Shown piece by piece: positions 19,602-29,231 of a stretch of DNA of 64,000 bases. Numbering within the stretch: the first letter of the stretch is position 1; each line of letters opens with the position of its first letter. Origin of the DNA: Patescibacteria group bacterium (GTDB taxonomy: Bacteria; Patescibacteriota; Minisyncoccia; Phycocordibacterales; UBA9973); the NCBI GenBank assembly GCA_038063535.1, contig JBBTUV010000001.1, positions 21,570 through 85,569 on the forward strand, written 5' to 3'. The notes under the pieces are model-generated. The model saw only the letters and a list, made by a program, of their open reading frames with translations. It searched no databases and was not told where the DNA came from. A program made the translations under genes and the position numbers.

Positions 19602-20291
19602 TTATTTTATAATCTTTTTGACTTTTTGGTAAATTTTCTGGTGAATATTTTCACGGGTGTCGATCCGACCGTCCCTTTCGCAATCGATTTTAATCCAACC
19701 TTTCTGTGTTTTGGCAAGCCAGAGGGCACTTTTACGAGAGTTGGCGAGAAAGTTTTTATCTTTCTCGTGAACATCTTTCCTCTTTCCTAAATAACGCCTG
19801 TCATTCCCATTTTTCCTCTCTTTGATCAGCCGAAGGACGATCGCGAGCGGAACATTGAGGTAAAAAACTGCGTCGGGCTTGGGGATCTTGAAGACGTTGT
19901 ATTCCATTTGGTCGAGCCACTTCAAGAAATTCTTCCTTTTTTGGGTATTGGCGATCTTGCCGCCCTGATGGATCTGATTGGCGCTTACGTAACGATTGGC
20001 AAGGACGATGTTCCCTTCCCGAAGCCACTTTTTTACCTTGTCCTTTGATTCATAGCGGTCGGCCGCGTAGAGAACCGATGCGATCTTGGGATGAGTTTTT
20101 ACGAAATTGTAATATTGCTCAGAAAGGCAGTGGCCGATGAAGGCCCCGAAGAAGTTTGAATAATACTCCGGGAAGTTAACGACTTTGACCTTATGTCCGT
20201 CACGCCTTAATTGCTTGATTAAAAGGTTTGTTTGCGTGGCTTTCCCGCTGCTGTCGGTACCATCTATGACGATTAATTTGCCTTTTTTCAT
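19602..20291 (-). CDS. tmk: Thymidylate kinase
   Basis: DGTDSSGKATQ, LYAADR, NRYVSAN, PKPD. Confidence 0.9.
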   Translation of the reverse strand: MKKGKLIVIDGTDSSGKATQTNLLIKQLRRDGHKVKVVNFPEYYSNFFGAFIGHCLSEQYYNFVKTHPKIASVLYAADRYESKDKVKKWLREGNIVLANRYVSANQIHQGGKIANTQKRKNFLKWLDQMEYNVFKIPKPDAVFYLNVPLAIVLRLIKERKNGNDRRYLGKRKDVHEKDKNFLANSRKSALWLAKTQKGWIKIDCERDGRIDTRENIHQKIYQKVKKIIK

Positions 20292-20689
20292 AATTTTAGC
20301 CCCAAAACTTGTTTTAAATATTTATCCAACATTGGTATTTCTTTAATTTCTTCAAGGGGCAACCACTCGAAAGCATCATGTTCGTCGCTTAATTTCACTT
20401 CTCCTTCTGCCTCGCCCGAGTAAGTGAGTCGCACAACGTGTTTGCATTTATCAGCTTTGATTATATCCTGCGCCGCAAGTAATTTCGGCTCCCCGACTAT
20501 TTGCAACCCGGTTTCTTCCACCACTTCCCTCCTTAGATTCTCCATCAAGCTAGAACCCGGTTCAATTCTTCCGCCCGGGATATCCCATTTGCCACCCACC
20601 TCCGGATATTTTTCTTCCGAACGCTTCAAAACCAGGTATTTCCCCTCCTTATTCTTCAGCAATATTTTTACCCCGACTCGTAATTCCAT
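20288..20689 (-). CDS. NUDIX hydrolase
   Basis: PGGRIEPG...RREVVEETGL Nudix box. Confidence 0.92.
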   Translation of the reverse strand: MELRVGVKILLKNKEGKYLVLKRSEEKYPEVGGKWDIPGGRIEPGSSLMENLRREVVEETGLQIVGEPKLLAAQDIIKADKCKHVVRLTYSGEAEGEVKLSDEHDAFEWLPLEEIKEIPMLDKYLKQVLGLKL

Positions 20690-20691
20690 GT

Positions 20692-21936
20692 TTAAACAAA
20701 ATCCTTCGGTATTGGGTGTTTGCGGGCCAGAGCTTTTATTTTTTTACGGATCTCGGCTTTCTTGTTGGTGTCGTCTTTATTGCGAAGCGTCTCGAGCATG
20801 AGCTCGGCCACAAGCGCGCAATCTTTTTCCTTGAATCCCCGGGTAGTGATCGCCGGCGTGCCGAAACGGATACCGGACGGGTCGAGCGGTTTTCTAACGT
20901 CATTTGCGATCGAGTTCATATTGAGCGTAATGCCTACTTCGTCGAGAACCGTCTGTGCCTCTTTGCCGGTCACCCCGAGCGAGCCAAAAACATCGGCAAG
21001 TATCAGGTGGTTGTCCGTTCCTCCCCCGATCATCCGGATTTTGTGCTTCCGGAGCACCTGTTCCATCGCTTTCGCGTTCTTGAGTATTTGCGCCGCGTAC
21101 TTTTTGAAGGCCGGCTTCATCGCCTCTCCGAACGCCACTGCTTTGGCCGCGATCGTGTGCATGTGCGGCCCGCCTTGAGTGCCAGGGAAAATCGACTTAT
21201 CGATTTTCTTGGCGAGCTCCTCGCTCTCGCGGGTGAGAATTATCCCTCCGCGCGGACCCCGCAAGGTTTTGTGCGTGGTCGAAGTGATGATATCGAAGCC
21301 GTCGTCGAATGGATTGCGCAGGACTCCGGCGGCGATAAGCCCGGCGATATGCGCCATGTCGGCCATCGTCACCGCCCCGACTTCTTTTGCGATATCGACG
21401 AATTTTTTGTAATCAAGCGTGCGCGAGTATGCCGAAAATCCAGCAAGAATTATTTTGGGCCGGTACTCGAGCGCCTGGCGGCGCAGATCTTCGTAATCGA
21501 TCTCACCGGTGTCAGGATCCTTCATTTTATAATTTACGAATTTATATATTTTAGCGGGAAGGGTGAGCGGGTGCCCGTGGGTGAGGTGCCCGCCGTGCGA
21601 GAGATCCATGCCAAGCACAACGTCGCCGGGCTCGAGCAGGGCCGCATAGACCGCCAGATTCGCCGGCGCGCCGGAATGCGGCTGGACGTTTGCGAATTTG
21701 CACTTGAAAAGTTTGCAAACACGCTCTATGGCAAGACGCTCAATCCGATCGGTCCAATCTTGCCCGCCGTAGTAGCGGCGGCCGGGATAACCCTCGGAGT
21801 ATTTGTTGGTGAAAACAGAGCCGTTAGCTTCCAAAACATCCCGAGAAGTATAGTTCTCAGAAGGGATTAGTTCGAGGCCGTCGCGCTGTCTCTTTTCCTC
21901 TCCCTTGATTAGTTTCTCGACGGCTTTGTCTCGCAT
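20692..21936 (-). CDS. glyA: Serine hydroxymethyltransferase
   Basis: LIPSEN, NKYSEGYPG, HGGHLTHG, TTHKTLRGPRGG. Confidence 0.98.
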   Translation of the reverse strand: MRDKAVEKLIKGEEKRQRDGLELIPSENYTSRDVLEANGSVFTNKYSEGYPGRRYYGGQDWTDRIERLAIERVCKLFKCKFANVQPHSGAPANLAVYAALLEPGDVVLGMDLSHGGHLTHGHPLTLPAKIYKFVNYKMKDPDTGEIDYEDLRRQALEYRPKIILAGFSAYSRTLDYKKFVDIAKEVGAVTMADMAHIAGLIAAGVLRNPFDDGFDIITSTTHKTLRGPRGGIILTRESEELAKKIDKSIFPGTQGGPHMHTIAAKAVAFGEAMKPAFKKYAAQILKNAKAMEQVLRKHKIRMIGGGTDNHLILADVFGSLGVTGKEAQTVLDEVGITLNMNSIANDVRKPLDPSGIRFGTPAITTRGFKEKDCALVAELMLETLRNKDDTNKKAEIRKKIKALARKHPIPKDFV

Positions 21937-22790
21937 TGCCCCATTCTAACACATTTAAAAACTATCGTCCCATTCAAATCCGTCCGGAAGATCTTGGCAC
22001 CGGAAGCGGTGAGTGACTCAAGTACGCCCAGATGCGGATGGCCGTAGCGGTTATCCCGGCCGGCGGAAATGAGCGCGTACTCCGGGGAAACTGCTTCGAC
22101 AAATTCCGTCGAGGTCGAGGTTTTCGAGCCGTGATGGCCGACTTTCAAGATATCGCTATCGAGTGCTTCCCTAGAATTTTCAGCCAGGATTATTTTCTCG
22201 GTTTCCTTTGTCGCGTCACCCATGAGCATTATCTCCGTTTCTCCATAAGTGAGTTTACCAACGACCGAGCCGTCGTTAGTGGTCCAATTAGAAACATCGC
22301 GGTCGGGTAATAAAATATCGATCACTGCTCCACCCCCTAAGTTAAGCCGCATGCCGCGGCGAGCGAGCACTTCGGGAATTCTTTTATTTTTTATTTCCTC
22401 TTTTAAATTCCGGTACGTCTTCGACTCATTGAAAGTACCGGGCTCAAGGAGCACGCCAACTTTGTATGTTTTGAGAACATCGGCGAACCCGCCGATGTGG
22501 TCTTGATCGGGATTGGTAATGATAATCGCGTCGATAGATCGATCAAAGGGCGACATGACGCGCGAAAGCGCACCCAGAATCTTCCGCGGTGGCCCAGCAT
22601 CGATGAGGATTTGCGTCCCAGTCGGCGACTCGATAAAGATAGCATCGCCCTGCCCGATGTCGAACATGGCGAAGGTAAAATTCCTGTCGGAGCTCCTGAA
22701 ATCAAGATAGAAAAGAAAAATTACCGAGATGAGGAGAATTAGAACAATAATTGCAAGTAGGTTAATCTTGACTTTCGAGCTAATCGGCAT
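21909..22790 (-). CDS. ComEC-type C-terminal MBL-fold domain protein (split ComEC)
   Basis: DIGQGDA, TNPDQDHIGG, KVGHHGS, NRYGHP; start moved to ATG 22790 because the longer ORF overlaps sod. Confidence 0.88.
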   Translation of the reverse strand: MPISSKVKINLLAIIVLILLISVIFLFYLDFRSSDRNFTFAMFDIGQGDAIFIESPTGTQILIDAGPPRKILGALSRVMSPFDRSIDAIIITNPDQDHIGGFADVLKTYKVGVLLEPGTFNESKTYRNLKEEIKNKRIPEVLARRGMRLNLGGGAVIDILLPDRDVSNWTTNDGSVVGKLTYGETEIMLMGDATKETEKIILAENSREALDSDILKVGHHGSKTSTSTEFVEAVSPEYALISAGRDNRYGHPHLGVLESLTASGAKIFRTDLNGTIVFKCVRMGQCETKPSRN

Positions 22791-22804
22791 AAGATTAATC
22801 TTAT
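22789..22804. promoter_or_regulatory. Perfect 16-bp palindrome containing back-to-back -10 boxes
   Basis: ATAAGATTAATCTTAT between divergent ATGs at 22790 and 22809. Confidence 0.55.
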
Positions 22805-22808
22805 CATT

Positions 22809-23405
22809 ATGAAACCTTACACTCAAAAAACTTTTAATATCCCCGAACTCAAGGGCATCTCGAAAAAAAATATCGAGGAACACCTCAAGCTCTACGCCGG
22901 CTACGTCAAGAACGCAAACCTAATCAATGAAAAAATCGCGGAGTACAAAAAAGATGCGGAGGGAAATGCATATGCCCTGGGCGAACTCCAGCGGAGGTTC
23001 AGTTTTGAATATAACGGCATCAGGAATCACGAGTATTATTTCGATTCGCTCGCCGGCGGCGCTAAAAATCTGGATTCCGGATCTCCACTGCGAAAGGAAA
23101 TAGAAAAAGAGTTCGGTTCCTTCGAGGACTGGCTCAACATGTTCAAAGCCATTGCTCTCACTCGCGGCATCGGCTGGGCAGTACTGGCTTGGGACCACGA
23201 CGAGGAACAATTTGTGCACATATGGGTAGACGAGCAGCATATCGGTCAGTTAAATGGGGTTTGCTGGATACTGGGGCTTGATATGTGGGAGCACGCTTAT
23301 GTCTATGACTACCCGACAAGTGAGAAGAAAAAATACATAGAGGCGTTTTTCGATAACCTCAATTGGGAAGAGATAGAGAAGAACTTTCTGGAGCTGCAGG
23401 ACTAG
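22809..23405 (+). CDS. sod: Fe/Mn superoxide dismutase
   Basis: EEHLKLY, NHEYYF, GIGWAVL, DMWEHAY. Confidence 0.93.
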   Translation: MKPYTQKTFNIPELKGISKKNIEEHLKLYAGYVKNANLINEKIAEYKKDAEGNAYALGELQRRFSFEYNGIRNHEYYFDSLAGGAKNLDSGSPLRKEIEKEFGSFEDWLNMFKAIALTRGIGWAVLAWDHDEEQFVHIWVDEQHIGQLNGVCWILGLDMWEHAYVYDYPTSEKKKYIEAFFDNLNWEEIEKNFLELQD

Positions 23406-24834
23406 CAAAGAATTTTTTAATATCTCGGCCGAAAAGCTTGTAAGCGAACCAGGCGTAAATCGCAAGCGTGACAACGAGAGGAAAATTCGGGATAGCAAAT
23501 GAAGCAAAGGGGAGCTTTGCGAAAAAATCGATAACCCAAAGTTCGTACTTAAGAAAGATGGTTGAGATAAACCCGAAGAGCACCGAAAGGGGAAACCAAA
23601 TCGCCCCCAGAAAGGCCGTAAAAAACCCGAGCCCCATGGTGGCCGGAATAAAAGCCAGGATGAGAATATTGGCGGGCAGCGCTACTAGTGAGAGATTGCC
23701 CATTTTGTGGAGGATAAAAGGAAGGACGAAAATATAGGCCGCGACGGTAACGCAAACGATGTCACGCAGCTTAAATTTGTCCGTCACCCACATAAAATAC
23801 CGCTCGATTCTGGGCGCAAAGAATATAACCGCCACCGTGGCGATGAATGAAAGCTGGAAGGACACGTCGAAAACCAGTACGTATGGGTTCCAAAGGATCA
23901 TGACAACACCAGCAAGGAGTAAGGCCCGGCCGGCGTTGGTGATTCTCCCGGTCGCTCGCGCGAAAAGCGCGAGCGACGCCATGATGCCAGCCCGGACCGC
24001 CGTCGAAGCACCACCGGTCATGAGAACGAAAAGGAGGATCGCGAAAATCCCGGTACCGATGCCGAAATTCTTGGGGAGAAAGGAAAAAAGTTTCATGAAC
24101 CACTCGGCGACGATGGTGACGTTGTAACCCGAGAGCGCAACAATGTGGATGGTGCCGGTACTTACCAAGTTCTGCCGCATTTCCTCGGGGAAAGCCGAGC
24201 GCTCGCCGAGTATGAGCCCGCCCATAAGGAGCGATTCTGGCGGAGCGATCGCGAGATTCATCGCACTGAGAAGTTTACCTTTGACCGCGAAAAGAACTTC
24301 TCGGATAGGATTGCCTTTTCCGCGAGAGAGAATTTTGATTTCCTGGTAGTTGGCTAAAAGGAGAACTCCGTCTTTCCGCAGATAATTGACGTAATCGAAT
24401 TCCTTGCCGGTGTCGGTAATAAAATTCTCGGGTCTTTTGAGCGGGCCAGTAAATTTTATTTCATCGCCATAACGATATTCCGTATCGAAGCCGGTGGTAA
24501 CTAGAATTTTTGTGCTTTCAGTCTTCACCGTGAGCTTCTGATTTGTTTCCCGAATATCCGGCTCGGCGACAATGATTCCGACAAAACTTTCACCCGCAAC
24601 TTCCGGAACTTTTTTGTCCGCGGCGTGGAACCTCAAAATCCCGATCGAAACTGCGATCACGAAAACCGCGGCAACCGCTGCCCACTTTAGTTTAGTAAAG
24701 TAACAAAATAAGGAAATTATTACAGACAGAACTAAGATAAAAAGGGTAAAATAAAAATTTATCTCAAAAAAAGAGCGCAAGAGCACTCCAAGCCCAAACC
24801 CAAAACAAACCGCAAAGAAAATTCTATCTTTCAT
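23359..24834 (-). CDS. comEC: ComEC/Rec2 competence protein, membrane channel part
   Basis: FDYVNYL, GTIHIVALSGYN, VRAGIM, SFQLSF. Confidence 0.92.
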   Translation of the reverse strand: MKDRIFFAVCFGFGLGVLLRSFFEINFYFTLFILVLSVIISLFCYFTKLKWAAVAAVFVIAVSIGILRFHAADKKVPEVAGESFVGIIVAEPDIRETNQKLTVKTESTKILVTTGFDTEYRYGDEIKFTGPLKRPENFITDTGKEFDYVNYLRKDGVLLLANYQEIKILSRGKGNPIREVLFAVKGKLLSAMNLAIAPPESLLMGGLILGERSAFPEEMRQNLVSTGTIHIVALSGYNVTIVAEWFMKLFSFLPKNFGIGTGIFAILLFVLMTGGASTAVRAGIMASLALFARATGRITNAGRALLLAGVVMILWNPYVLVFDVSFQLSFIATVAVIFFAPRIERYFMWVTDKFKLRDIVCVTVAAYIFVLPFILHKMGNLSLVALPANILILAFIPATMGLGFFTAFLGAIWFPLSVLFGFISTIFLKYELWVIDFFAKLPFASFAIPNFPLVVTLAIYAWFAYKLFGRDIKKFFASPAAPESSSLSLPN

Positions 24835-25292
24835 GCTCTAAGCTTTACCGGCTCGTTGTCGGCAAAGCTCGTCGCGATTTCGTCTGCACGGTTGTTCCAT
24901 TTGTCTTCGTGATGGCCTTTCACGTAATCCCATTTGGGTTTGAATTTCCTGTCGAGTTCATAGAGCTCCTCCCAGAACTCACGATTCATTACCGGCTTCT
25001 TGTTGGCCCCTCGCCAATTATTCCTAAGCCAATTAGGAATCCATTCTGTTATCCCCAAGACGACATATTTAGCATCGGCTATTATTTTAATTTCGCCGGC
25101 GATTTTATTTTCTTTCATGTATTTAAGCGCCTCAATGGCCGCCCGGAGTTCCATCTGATTGTTGGTGGCATGCTCCACTCTGCCGCCGATCTCAAAAACT
25201 TTTCTGCCCGCGATAAAAACCGCCGCCCAGCCGGCCGGCCCAGGATTGCCTCTCGCCGATCCATCTGTATAGATTGTTATTTTATTCTTCAT
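24831..25292 (-). CDS. rnhA: Ribonuclease HI
   Basis: YTDGSARGNPGPAGW, TNNQMEL, VKGH, NNRAD. Confidence 0.96.
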   Translation of the reverse strand: MKNKITIYTDGSARGNPGPAGWAAVFIAGRKVFEIGGRVEHATNNQMELRAAIEALKYMKENKIAGEIKIIADAKYVVLGITEWIPNWLRNNWRGANKKPVMNREFWEELYELDRKFKPKWDYVKGHHEDKWNNRADEIATSFADNEPVKLRA

Positions 25293-26941
25293 ATGATATC
25301 CACCACCCTAAGGCGCAGTTCTTCCCGGCCGCGGTAGCGGGAGAGATCGAGGTTGGCAAGCAAGTTCACGTAAAATCCAACACCCACGGGACCTGTGAAA
25401 GAATCTCCGTGAGAGAAAAAGGAAACCGCTTTTGCTTTGTTTCCCAAAGAGTCAATAAAAGAAATTTCCAAGTGCTCGCCGCCGTTTTTGCCGAATTTTT
25501 TTATGTTTTCGACTTTCACTTTCTCGAAAAGAAAAACCGGTTTCGGGTTTCCGAGCCCGTATGGCGCAAGTTTCTGGATTTCATCCCAAGTTTTCATGGT
25601 CACGACCCCTAAATCCGATTTTATATCATAATTTATATTAGTATTTAAATTAGTATTTCTTCTGACTTTTGAAAAATTACTCGCGAGGGCCTCTTCGAGA
25701 AAATGAATTTTATCGGTATGCACGGAAAACCCCCCTGCAAGCTCGTGCCCACCGTACTCGATGAAATATTCCCGGGTTTCGGTCATAAGTTCCACTACCG
25801 ACACCGACCCGTCCGAGCGGCAGGAACCTCTGATAGAATCGCTCTCATCCTTGCCCCAGACAAAAACCGGCCGCGCGTATTCATCCGAGATTTTCCCGGC
25901 CACGAGGCCTAGCACTCCCACTCGCCACTTTGGATTACCAACGACTATTATCTCGCGCATCTCCCTCTTCTCGAAATTTTTCTTCACTTCCCGCATGATA
26001 CCCGCAACCATGGCCTTCCTTTCGTCGTTGATGCGCGAGAGATGCTCGGCGAGCACCCCAGCCCGTCCTTCATCAAGAGTAGTGAGAAGCTCATAGGCCC
26101 TGCGCGGATCATCCATGCGCGAAGCGGCGTTCAGGCGCGGGGTTATCGAGAAGGTCACGTCATCTTCGGAGAGATATTTCTGGTCGATGCCGAGATTGGC
26201 AAGAAGTTTCTGCAATCCCGGCCGTGGCGAGCGGCGCAGGACCTTGAGACCGAAGTACGCAAGAGCGCGATTTTCTCCGAGGAGCGGCACCATGTCAGCA
26301 AGAGTGGCAAGCCCAGCCATGTCGAGCATCCATTTTTCAGCGTCGTCTTTAATTTTGAAATATTCTCCGTACTTTTTGACGAAGGCCTGCGCAAACTTGA
26401 ACATGACCCCAGCCCCGGCGAGCATTTTCTCGGGGTACTCATCTGTCTTCGGATTCAAGATCGCGTAAGCCTTCGGTAGAACTTCTGGCGGGAGGTGATG
26501 GTCTGTGATAATAACATCCATCCCGTCAACTTCAGCCTGCGCGACTTCTGCAATGGCGGTAATCCCGAGATCGATTGTAATCAAAAGTTTTGCACCGGAT
26601 TCAGCGAATTGCTTGACTGCCTCGACATTGAGCCCATAGCCCTCGATATTCCGTTTCGGAATATAGACCTCGAAATTTTTGAAACTGACGAGACGAAAGA
26701 GATCCTCGAGGATCACCGCCCCGGGAATGCCGTCGCAATCATAGTCGGCGTAAATAATTATTTTTTCCTTGTTCTCAACCGCCTCGTACAGCCTGACGCA
26801 GGCCCGCTCCATGTCGCGCATAAGGTATGGGTCGTAGAGGTCCCTCCTGTAATCCGGCTTCAAAAATATTTCGGCTTCCGCCTCTGTCCTTATACCCCTT
26901 TTCTTAAGGAGAGTTCCTAGGAGTTCCCCGTACTTTTGCAT
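25289..26941 (-). CDS. recJ: ssDNA exonuclease RecJ
   Basis: DYDCDG, EGYGL, TDHH, ADMVPL, GGHELAGG. Confidence 0.96.
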   Translation of the reverse strand: MQKYGELLGTLLKKRGIRTEAEAEIFLKPDYRRDLYDPYLMRDMERACVRLYEAVENKEKIIIYADYDCDGIPGAVILEDLFRLVSFKNFEVYIPKRNIEGYGLNVEAVKQFAESGAKLLITIDLGITAIAEVAQAEVDGMDVIITDHHLPPEVLPKAYAILNPKTDEYPEKMLAGAGVMFKFAQAFVKKYGEYFKIKDDAEKWMLDMAGLATLADMVPLLGENRALAYFGLKVLRRSPRPGLQKLLANLGIDQKYLSEDDVTFSITPRLNAASRMDDPRRAYELLTTLDEGRAGVLAEHLSRINDERKAMVAGIMREVKKNFEKREMREIIVVGNPKWRVGVLGLVAGKISDEYARPVFVWGKDESDSIRGSCRSDGSVSVVELMTETREYFIEYGGHELAGGFSVHTDKIHFLEEALASNFSKVRRNTNLNTNINYDIKSDLGVVTMKTWDEIQKLAPYGLGNPKPVFLFEKVKVENIKKFGKNGGEHLEISFIDSLGNKAKAVSFFSHGDSFTGPVGVGFYVNLLANLDLSRYRGREELRLRVVDII

Positions 26942-26969
26942 AGAAGAATTTTAGCATATAATTCTAACT

Positions 26970-27377
26970 ATGGATGATTGCATTTTTTGCAAAATAATCA
27001 GAGGAGAAATCCCATCGACCAAAATCTACGAGGATGGCGATGCTTTTGCATTTCTGGATATCGCTCCAGTCAACGTGGGCCACACCCTTGTTGTACCGAA
27101 ACAACATTTCAAGAATGTCTACGAAACTCCGGACGAAGTTCTCCAGAAAGTAATGACTGCGGCAAAGAAGATCGCGGAAGCGCTCAAAGCACTACCCTCC
27201 GACGGCGTGAACGTGACGATAAACAACGACTCCGCCGCTGGGCAGGTCGTTTTCCATTTCCACGTGCACGTAATCCCGCGCATCGCGGGCGACGGATTTC
27301 CTCTCTGGCATAGCCGCCGGCCTTATAACGAAGGAGAAGCCAAAGGAACAGCAGAAAAAATCATGAGAGGGCTTTGA
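26970..27377 (+). CDS. HIT family protein
   Basis: CIFCKII, GHTLVVPK, HFHVHVIPR. Confidence 0.95.
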   Translation: MDDCIFCKIIRGEIPSTKIYEDGDAFAFLDIAPVNVGHTLVVPKQHFKNVYETPDEVLQKVMTAAKKIAEALKALPSDGVNVTINNDSAAGQVVFHFHVHVIPRIAGDGFPLWHSRRPYNEGEAKGTAEKIMRGL

Positions 27378-28443
27378 TGCCTGGCAGAATGCCTTTCGCC
27401 AAAAACTCGAGTGCTGCTCCCCCGCCGGTTGAGATGAAGGAAAAATCATTTTCCAATTTCATTACGGATATTATTGCCACAGTGTCTCCCCCGCCGATGA
27501 TGCTTTTTGCCTTCGAGCCAGCCACGGCCTTTAATACTTTTTTCGTCCCCTTCTCTCCACCCACCTCATATTTGCCGAGCGGGCCATTCCAAAGGATGAG
27601 TTTAGCATTTTGGATGTAGGGCAGAAGTTTTTTTATCGTTTCCTCACCCACGTCAAGAATGGTTTCATTACTCCGCACTTCTCTTACTCCTCGGTTGATT
27701 AGTTTATTCCCCGCCTGGACCAAAACATCCTCGGGGATTATCAACTTTTTATTCTCGAGAATGTTCTTAAAATCGTAGATCGTTTTATCCACCAGTGACT
27801 GCCCAACCTCGTATCCCCTCGCCGCAAGAAGTGTGTTTGATAATGCCCCACCGATAAATACCTGATCGGCTAGCCCCAAATACTTCTCGATCAATGGTAT
27901 TTTGGTCGAGAATTTCGCTCCGCCTAAAATAAATAGAAATGGGCGCTCGGGATTTTTAAACGTGGTTGATAAATTTTCAATTTCCGCTTCCAATTGAAAT
28001 CCGGCATAAGCCGGCAATAATTTCGGCAGAAGCACGATGGAAGCATCTTCTCTGTGGTCCACGGGGAAGGCTTCGTTCACGTATATTTCACCGAGCTTTG
28101 CGAGGTCAGCCGCAAATGCCGGGTCGCAATTTTTCTCTCCGGGATCATTACGAAGATTTTCAAGCAAAGACACTTCTCCGTTCTCCAAACTCACGTCGTC
28201 GAACTTTGAAGGGAGATACTTATTGAGCACAAGGGAAACCGGTCGAAGGCTCTCCCCTCCTTGCCCAAGATGTGAAAGCAAAATGATTTTCGCTCCCATC
28301 TCTTTCAAAAAATTTATCGTCGGAAGCGTTTTTTTTATGCGAAAATCATCCTGGACGACGCCGTTTTCGATCGGCAAATTGAAATCGACTCGGACAAGGA
28401 TTGTCTTTCCCGCAATATTTTTTAACTCCCTAATGCTTCGCAT
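27361..28443 (-). CDS. pgk: Phosphoglycerate kinase
   Basis: RVDFNLP, SHLG, LLENLR, GGAK, GGGDT, STGGGA; true start MRSIRELK at 28443. Confidence 0.96.
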   Translation of the reverse strand: MRSIRELKNIAGKTILVRVDFNLPIENGVVQDDFRIKKTLPTINFLKEMGAKIILLSHLGQGGESLRPVSLVLNKYLPSKFDDVSLENGEVSLLENLRNDPGEKNCDPAFAADLAKLGEIYVNEAFPVDHREDASIVLLPKLLPAYAGFQLEAEIENLSTTFKNPERPFLFILGGAKFSTKIPLIEKYLGLADQVFIGGALSNTLLAARGYEVGQSLVDKTIYDFKNILENKKLIIPEDVLVQAGNKLINRGVREVRSNETILDVGEETIKKLLPYIQNAKLILWNGPLGKYEVGGEKGTKKVLKAVAGSKAKSIIGGGDTVAIISVMKLENDFSFISTGGGAALEFLAKGILPGIKALS

Positions 28444-29192
28444 ATTTTTACCATCCCGGCGAATTCCGCCGGATCGAGACTGGCCTTGCCAGCGAGAAGT
28501 CCGTCCACTCCGCCATGCTCCAGGAATTCTCGCGCGTCCTTTGTGTTCGCCGACCCGCCATAGATAATCCGAACGCTTCCCGCAGTATCGGGAGTCGTTA
28601 TATCGGAAAGGACCTTGCGGATGAAGATCGTCATCTCTCGCGAGTCGGTCGGATTCGCATCCCGACGAATCGCGGTGGTAGAGAGCGCCCAAACCGGTTC
28701 ATATGCAATTATGACCTTCGGAATTAAATTTTTCGCGAGGCCGTCCAATCCCCCTTCGATTTGCGCTTTTACTATATTGAAATAACCGTGATCGACGCCC
28801 CGCTCATTTTCCCCGATACAGAGAATCGGGGTGAGCCCCGCGGCAAGCGCTCCTTTTACTTTTTTGTTGATAAGCGCATCTTCCTCGCCGAGCGCTCGCC
28901 TTTCCGAGTGTCCCAAAATCACATACCTGGCACCTAGTTCATAGAGCATCCCCCCGGAAACCTCGCCGGTGTAGGGCCCGACATCTCCCGGGAATGCATC
29001 CTGCGCCCCAAGCGTTACTTTTCGCGAGTACTTTTTAAGCGCCGGCAGATAGAGGAAAGGGGGGCAGATGACTATGTCCGTCTTTCGGATCGGGGGAAGA
29101 GATCTGGAGATTTTCGAGAAGAGCGAGAGCGCATCTTTTCCCGTCCGGGGATTCATCTTCCAGTTTCCCGCGAGAATTCTCCTTTTTGGCAT
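28422..29192 (-). CDS. tpiA: Triosephosphate isomerase
   Basis: GNWKMN, GHSERR, AYEPVWA, YGGS. Confidence 0.98.
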   Translation of the reverse strand: MPKRRILAGNWKMNPRTGKDALSLFSKISRSLPPIRKTDIVICPPFLYLPALKKYSRKVTLGAQDAFPGDVGPYTGEVSGGMLYELGARYVILGHSERRALGEEDALINKKVKGALAAGLTPILCIGENERGVDHGYFNIVKAQIEGGLDGLAKNLIPKVIIAYEPVWALSTTAIRRDANPTDSREMTIFIRKVLSDITTPDTAGSVRIIYGGSANTKDAREFLEHGGVDGLLAGKASLDPAEFAGMVKICEALGS

Positions 29193-29231
29193 TGGTAAAT
29201 TATATCATAATGCGATAAAATTAAACGTAAG

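Noticed and set aside
20716-21870. 384-aa plus-strand ORF
   Set aside because: Antisense shadow of glyA.
25630-25660. ATTAGTATTT duplication in recJ
   Set aside because: Short low-complexity Asn-rich interdomain linker.
28444-28692. N-terminal extension of pgk in the ORF track
   Set aside because: Overlaps tpiA; PGK similarity begins at ATG 28443.
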